DNA of 64,000 nucleotides from a virus: IMG/VR virus record IMGVR_UViG_3300045988_179945, positions 1 to 64,000 of that record; one strand, 5' to 3'. Shown piece by piece: positions 61,901 to 64,000 of this stretch (position 1 is its first letter; each line of letters starts with the position of its first letter). The notes under the pieces were generated by a model. It saw only the letters and a program-made list of their open reading frames with translations, ran no database searches and was not told where the DNA came from. The position numbers and the translations under genes were made by a program.

Positions 61901-64000
61901 AACACTCCGTTGCACACCGGCAAGGACAAGGTTAAGAACGAGTCCTTCCGTTCCATCGAAGCGCAGACCGATGTGGCCACCGAACGTTACGTGGGAACCG
62001 TGGTCAAGGACCACGCCGACCTGACCAACGTGAAGTGGAAGCAGTCCGGCGACATCCGCGACGATTTGACCCAAGGATTGGACGCACGCTGGTTCCTGTA
62101 CAAGCAGGGAGACGGCGGCGTGGAGACCGATAAGAAGATTCTCACCGGCGACTACGTGCATCTGGCCAGCGGACAGACCGAAGCGTACGGCCCCGAACAC
62201 AAGATGGACGAGGTGGGCGACTACTACTGGGTCATCGAAATCAGCGACCCGAGCGAAAACCACAAGGTCGTCAAGCTGGGCACCCAACGCGACCCGCGTG
62301 AATCGTTCCGTATCGTGAAGGCTTCCTCTGAAGCTCAGGTGGCGCAGCAGGTCAACAAGCCTACCAAGGACACTGTGACCATTACCGGACATCCGGCTGA
62401 AGGCACTTTGGTCTCTTGGAACCTGTACAAGACCAACAACGCCGACGACGACAATTATCTGATTGACAAGACCGAGCAGCAGGGCGAAGGCGAAGACGAA
62501 GGTGAAGGCTCCGACGGTACTGACGCCGATGTCGAACCTCAATCCGATAACGGCGAAGCCTCCGACAGCATGCTCGTCGCAAGCTATCAGACCCCATCCG
62601 ACGGCGCTCACCTCATCACCGCCGAGGAAGCCGCCGAAGCGTTGAAGAACGGCAAGGTGACAGTGGAAAGCCCCGGGTACACTCCGACCGAGGTCGGGGA
62701 ATACTACTGGGTGTTCAGCCTGACCAGTCCGACGAAGAACCTCGCCGGTGACGGACAGCCGAACAAGCCGCAGAACGACACGGACACCAGCCACTTGGAG
62801 TCCGAGGACTTCTTCACCGACCGCGCCCACGTGGCCGACGAGACCGTCCAGATTATCGACGCGACCACCAAGACCAAGCCGCTGGGTCATGTCGGCGAGA
62901 AGTTCCACGACACCGTGCTTCTTCAGGGACGCGTGCCGGAAGGCTCTCAGGCGGACGCCACCCTCTACCGTCAGGTGGAAGGCGACGATTCCAGCAAGGA
63001 CGAGGAAGTGCTGACCACGAAGCGCACCACGCTCTCCGAAGGCCAGACGTTCGCCGACTTGGAGGATGTGACCGTGGACAAGACCGGCGTGTACTACTGG
63101 CGCGAGCACGTGTACGTGCCGACCAAGCACACCACCTCGGCCGACCATGGCAAGAAGGTGGAGGTCGAGAAGACCCCGACCATCACCGGAAAGCCCCGCG
63201 TGAGCAACGAGACCGTCAGCGTGGTCAACGTGACCACGACCACGCACCGTCTGGAAGCATCCGGCACCAAGCTTCAGGACAAGGCGAAGATTGAAGGCGA
63301 CGTCGTTGACGGCTCCTACATCATCTTCACCCTGTGGAAGCAGGCGGACGGCGACGATTCCAGCAAGGACGAGAAGGTGTTCGTCAGCGACAAGGTGATG
63401 CTCAAGGCCGGTCAGAAGGAAGCCGTCTCCCCAACCTACGAGGTCAAGGAGACCGGAACCTACTACTGGCGCGAAAGTATCTACAATCCGGTCGAGGACA
63501 CCGACATCCCGCCGTGCGTCCCGCCGACCGGCAACACCGACGAAGACCATCCGTGCGACACTCCGGCCCATACCGAGAAGCCGCGTACGCCGGGCGAGAC
63601 CACCGACGTGGTGAAGGTCACGACCAAGGCCCAAGCCAACGGCACGGCCACCAAGCCGGTCAAGGACACCGCCCTCATCGAAGGTAGGATTCCGAACGAC
63701 GACTACGAGCTGGTGTTCGAACTGTGGAAGCAGAACGGCGACGACGTGAAGGACGACCGAAAGGTCGCCACCACCGACGCCGTGAACGTTCCGAAGAACG
63801 CGGCCACGGTCGATTCGCCGGAAGTCACTCCGACGGACGCCGGAACCTACTATTGGCGCGAGAAGCTGGTGGAGAAGTCCACCAACAGGCTCGTCCACTA
63901 CGGTGACGCCCGCGTGCCGGGCGAGACCGTCATCGTGGGCGAACTCGCCAAGACTGGTATCATCGGCGGACTCATCATTCCGATTGTCGGAATGTTCGCA
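55961..64000 (+). CDS. giant repeat-rich cell-wall-anchored surface adhesin (more than 2680 aa; LAKTG sorting signal; 3' end truncated)
   Basis: AGAGGAG RBS; signal peptide; at least 7 tandem about 115-aa repeats (ITTxVS ... VYWKATLY ... ATHELG ... ETVxV); LAKTG plus hydrophobic tail at the window edge. Absent from the ORF track because there is no stop in the window. Confidence 0.8.
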   Translation, partial: MVNPLSKTLRKDKPPILKRVGRAAAALATATATLLSGVLTTGTAFATTTLGLPGYNTNASFSVTFSNGLSMYGEQVIGPIAMKDGRYAYCREASVVTDQNPNNGTWSETSDPTAQKLAYIADKYRNDGSDLTQAAITYLVHMHFDNSGGQEYMAAVGRAGLKNGNWNDVVNTANRMWNEAAVPAGANASVAYTQGKRRGTVNPGILDSSRHYIGGIQYTLHLNGPAKFDQNNSNTLSGVTNGSEQHIPWTATGNGNVTATVSYPKYKATLLNSPSQDLFRAADPENATSSVSFKVERDFQPTVTTSVSKKQLTRGSPVQDNVTSGVATSDDEWADGVPVKFKGYYFVGDSKHILQIIKKNNGENPTDYLKRLRETDGIRQVAAATASFTNSGQTNKVTAKAATGAIDYDTVNGLDDYQVSDEDAGLFGTWVWVEVKSDQSQQDYIKGDYIDEFGKAQETSVSVLPPNHDSTVLEQESGMNKDILDEINISRLPSDYSKFTGNTDYGFNADAKAKIRVWWTGSGTGNKQEDEKYVPTTEEEPTPDANHKLIGEWEVPAMNGKYKVGGGKIILYPSDGSDAKTVADNVNIKATTKAECGYYVFIYDFPGSDRAQGFKSAYNNPWERSFISQDAQTVTLTTNVNKTTVTQGEKFYDTATIAGSVPRGSYVTFTAYDAVTGNPDVSTNKLLDNNRVNVTDEQADHSDTTQFEVKSPEISTSKIGKVYWVAKLYNNKGDALAGHAIGLENETVEVVGPSLTTKTSTQQTYVGRPFHDTAVINNKIDAGAYLTFTAYDAVSGKPDTNATKLLDNKRVDIPADKIASSGAGKSITVDSPDVTATKSGIVYWKATLYNRDGMELATHELGATGESVLIKNPSITTKVSKEQVSINEEFADTATINGELSSGDYVTFDAYAPVSDAPNAQGAKLLDSERVNIPAKDVSASQNGQAITVTSPKTHAAEGGNVYWKATLHRANGAVLATHDLGVAGETVQVKYPTITTHVSSTSVGVGEDFSDTAEIKGVVHAGDFVVFRAYDAVGEKPDTNASLLLKDQKVNITAAQAEASAQNKTVTVKSKTVNTMNGGNVYWKATLYDRQGRQLATHDLGLPEETVTVRPPTITTQVTKTKVKPSEEFSDKATVNGKVLKGSYVTFTAYDAVSGDPDTNALKLLDNVRVNIKDADAEASATKSFTVTSPVTHTDKSGSVYWVAALWSPQGKQLATHELGLPSETVQVNPGGIVTSNAQKMGATGEQLYDEITVYDETSEAESADGQVHEGEGNSNPTGVIGRIPQGSTVTVEMYRQAKEDNGDNGLFKIAEKTVTLDTNNFTAIKAGQEGNRPGKLTFKVTDPSFKTSKAGMVYWKTTLKTPQGGVLDQHIYGEYGSDHKTGYKSYERTPVQKYSTTVSKKWLSDANGNYEDKTTQIYDVLHQTSYEQYDGESINGDTYTTGDSAQTAKGAKVQFEIWAKDGANAGRMVKQYNAEDLPKVRTLAKSEDPDENHPYVGEDMLDNYQNVKSSTFTIPSDWSANRYYYRVKITVPTTTPGTGNDPTDNNRDVVWYGGDDESEEFDVIHMDTTSTEPLWLDSMNVSDEITLKGNIPAGSQYEAELWRTSKDGNVRKDAATKQDDSDHNGIASEKVATTGRVDVPSKAVGAHLNGVTFRSKSVKNPGVGSYIWRVKIYTPEMPHKDGNGVGTGGDTSMNPSFGVITKEWMTAAKATTQADDTQAGDYWQNATAKQKGNGDGYADRWLLFDGRNVASEKFEVVKLTTNVTGTPNIHTSEGEHYVDVTNGNDVNDKLTITGYMLRDYKVAFKLYKQAENQTADKDTVVKTLDPVALTEAQKTLDSATVHLTEPADYYWQWVFTKPDGTAFQPDNTNPAVSDKRIKDESFHAVRVTTSTYKWASKNGTVQDVARLEGHLPENATLTFEMHDYATGKKVASTKAATLKELGFDKSSIDQQLTSPSLKVPDAIDYYWVEVLNLPKDDQNTPLHTGKDKVKNESFRSIEAQTDVATERYVGTVVKDHADLTNVKWKQSGDIRDDLTQGLDARWFLYKQGDGGVETDKKILTGDYVHLASGQTEAYGPEHKMDEVGDYYWVIEISDPSENHKVVKLGTQRDPRESFRIVKASSEAQVAQQVNKPTKDTVTITGHPAEGTLVSWNLYKTNNADDDNYLIDKTEQQGEGEDEGEGSDGTDADVEPQSDNGEASDSMLVASYQTPSDGAHLITAEEAAEALKNGKVTVESPGYTPTEVGEYYWVFSLTSPTKNLAGDGQPNKPQNDTDTSHLESEDFFTDRAHVADETVQIIDATTKTKPLGHVGEKFHDTVLLQGRVPEGSQADATLYRQVEGDDSSKDEEVLTTKRTTLSEGQTFADLEDVTVDKTGVYYWREHVYVPTKHTTSADHGKKVEVEKTPTITGKPRVSNETVSVVNVTTTTHRLEASGTKLQDKAKIEGDVVDGSYIIFTLWKQADGDDSSKDEKVFVSDKVMLKAGQKEAVSPTYEVKETGTYYWRESIYNPVEDTDIPPCVPPTGNTDEDHPCDTPAHTEKPRTPGETTDVVKVTTKAQANGTATKPVKDTALIEGRIPNDDYELVFELWKQNGDDVKDDRKVATTDAVNVPKNAATVDSPEVTPTDAGTYYWREKLVEKSTNRLVHYGDARVPGETVIVGELAKTGIIGGLIIPIVGMFA

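Noticed and set aside
56906-63898. Minus-strand ORFs of 705 aa and 1585 aa
   Set aside because: Gly/Val/Asp-rich antisense frames of the repeat-rich surface-protein gene. The plus strand encodes a coherent signal peptide, repeats and an LAKTG signal.

Overview
The window is a roughly 58-60% GC segment of a high-GC Gram-positive (Actinobacteria-type) conjugative megaplasmid. The plasmid call rests on a theta-type replicon (rep gene, 34660-35529, minus strand) with five 22-bp iterons (35684-35793) and an adjacent AT-rich unwinding region, on a type-Ib partition pair (parA, 31367-32029, with a small RHH partner), and on two surface proteins ending in LAxTG/LAKTG sorting signals. It also carries a transfer-type operon: a MinD/ParA-like ATPase, two unknowns, an FtsK/VirD4-like coupling ATPase, small pilin-like membrane proteins and a 1344-aa polytopic membrane protein. 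Accessory content includes a replicative DnaB helicase, a ParB-like nuclease-domain protein and a flotillin (SPFH) protein in one minus-strand operon, an AAA+ ATPase operon, an IS607-like element (serine recombinase plus tnpB), an IS200/IS605 element (tnpA plus tnpB), an XRE/ImmA-like pair, a secreted DUF1524/HNH-type nuclease, and a giant (more than 2680 aa, 3'-truncated) repeat-rich LAKTG surface protein. The most striking feature is a 22-24 nt motif, TTATACTGGAATTGTTCACACAAA on the coding-direction strand, found in at least 15 good copies plus several degenerate ones. Each copy sits 30-60 nt upstream of a ribosome-binding site and start codon. Eight copies drive a minus-strand array (1.7-8.1 kb) of one-gene cassettes encoding small, often acidic, unknown proteins, a HEAT-repeat protein and RHH/Xis-like regulators. 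This looks like a plasmid-wide promoter-operator regulon, possibly an establishment or anti-defence island. Other points of interest are a roughly 900-bp tract in which the plus strand is almost T-free (19.14-20.06 kb), a cluster of a tandem Lar-like zinc-ribbon protein, an ADP-ribosylglycohydrolase, a NERD-domain membrane protein and an ART-like (R-S-E) protein (50.2-54.1 kb), and an orphan promoter plus RBS copy firing antisense into the 3' end of a convergent gene. Many long ORFs in the six-frame track are artefacts: antisense frames of real genes, or translations of the promoter motif (LYWNCSHK / CYTGIVHTN). All coordinates are approximate to within a few nucleotides.
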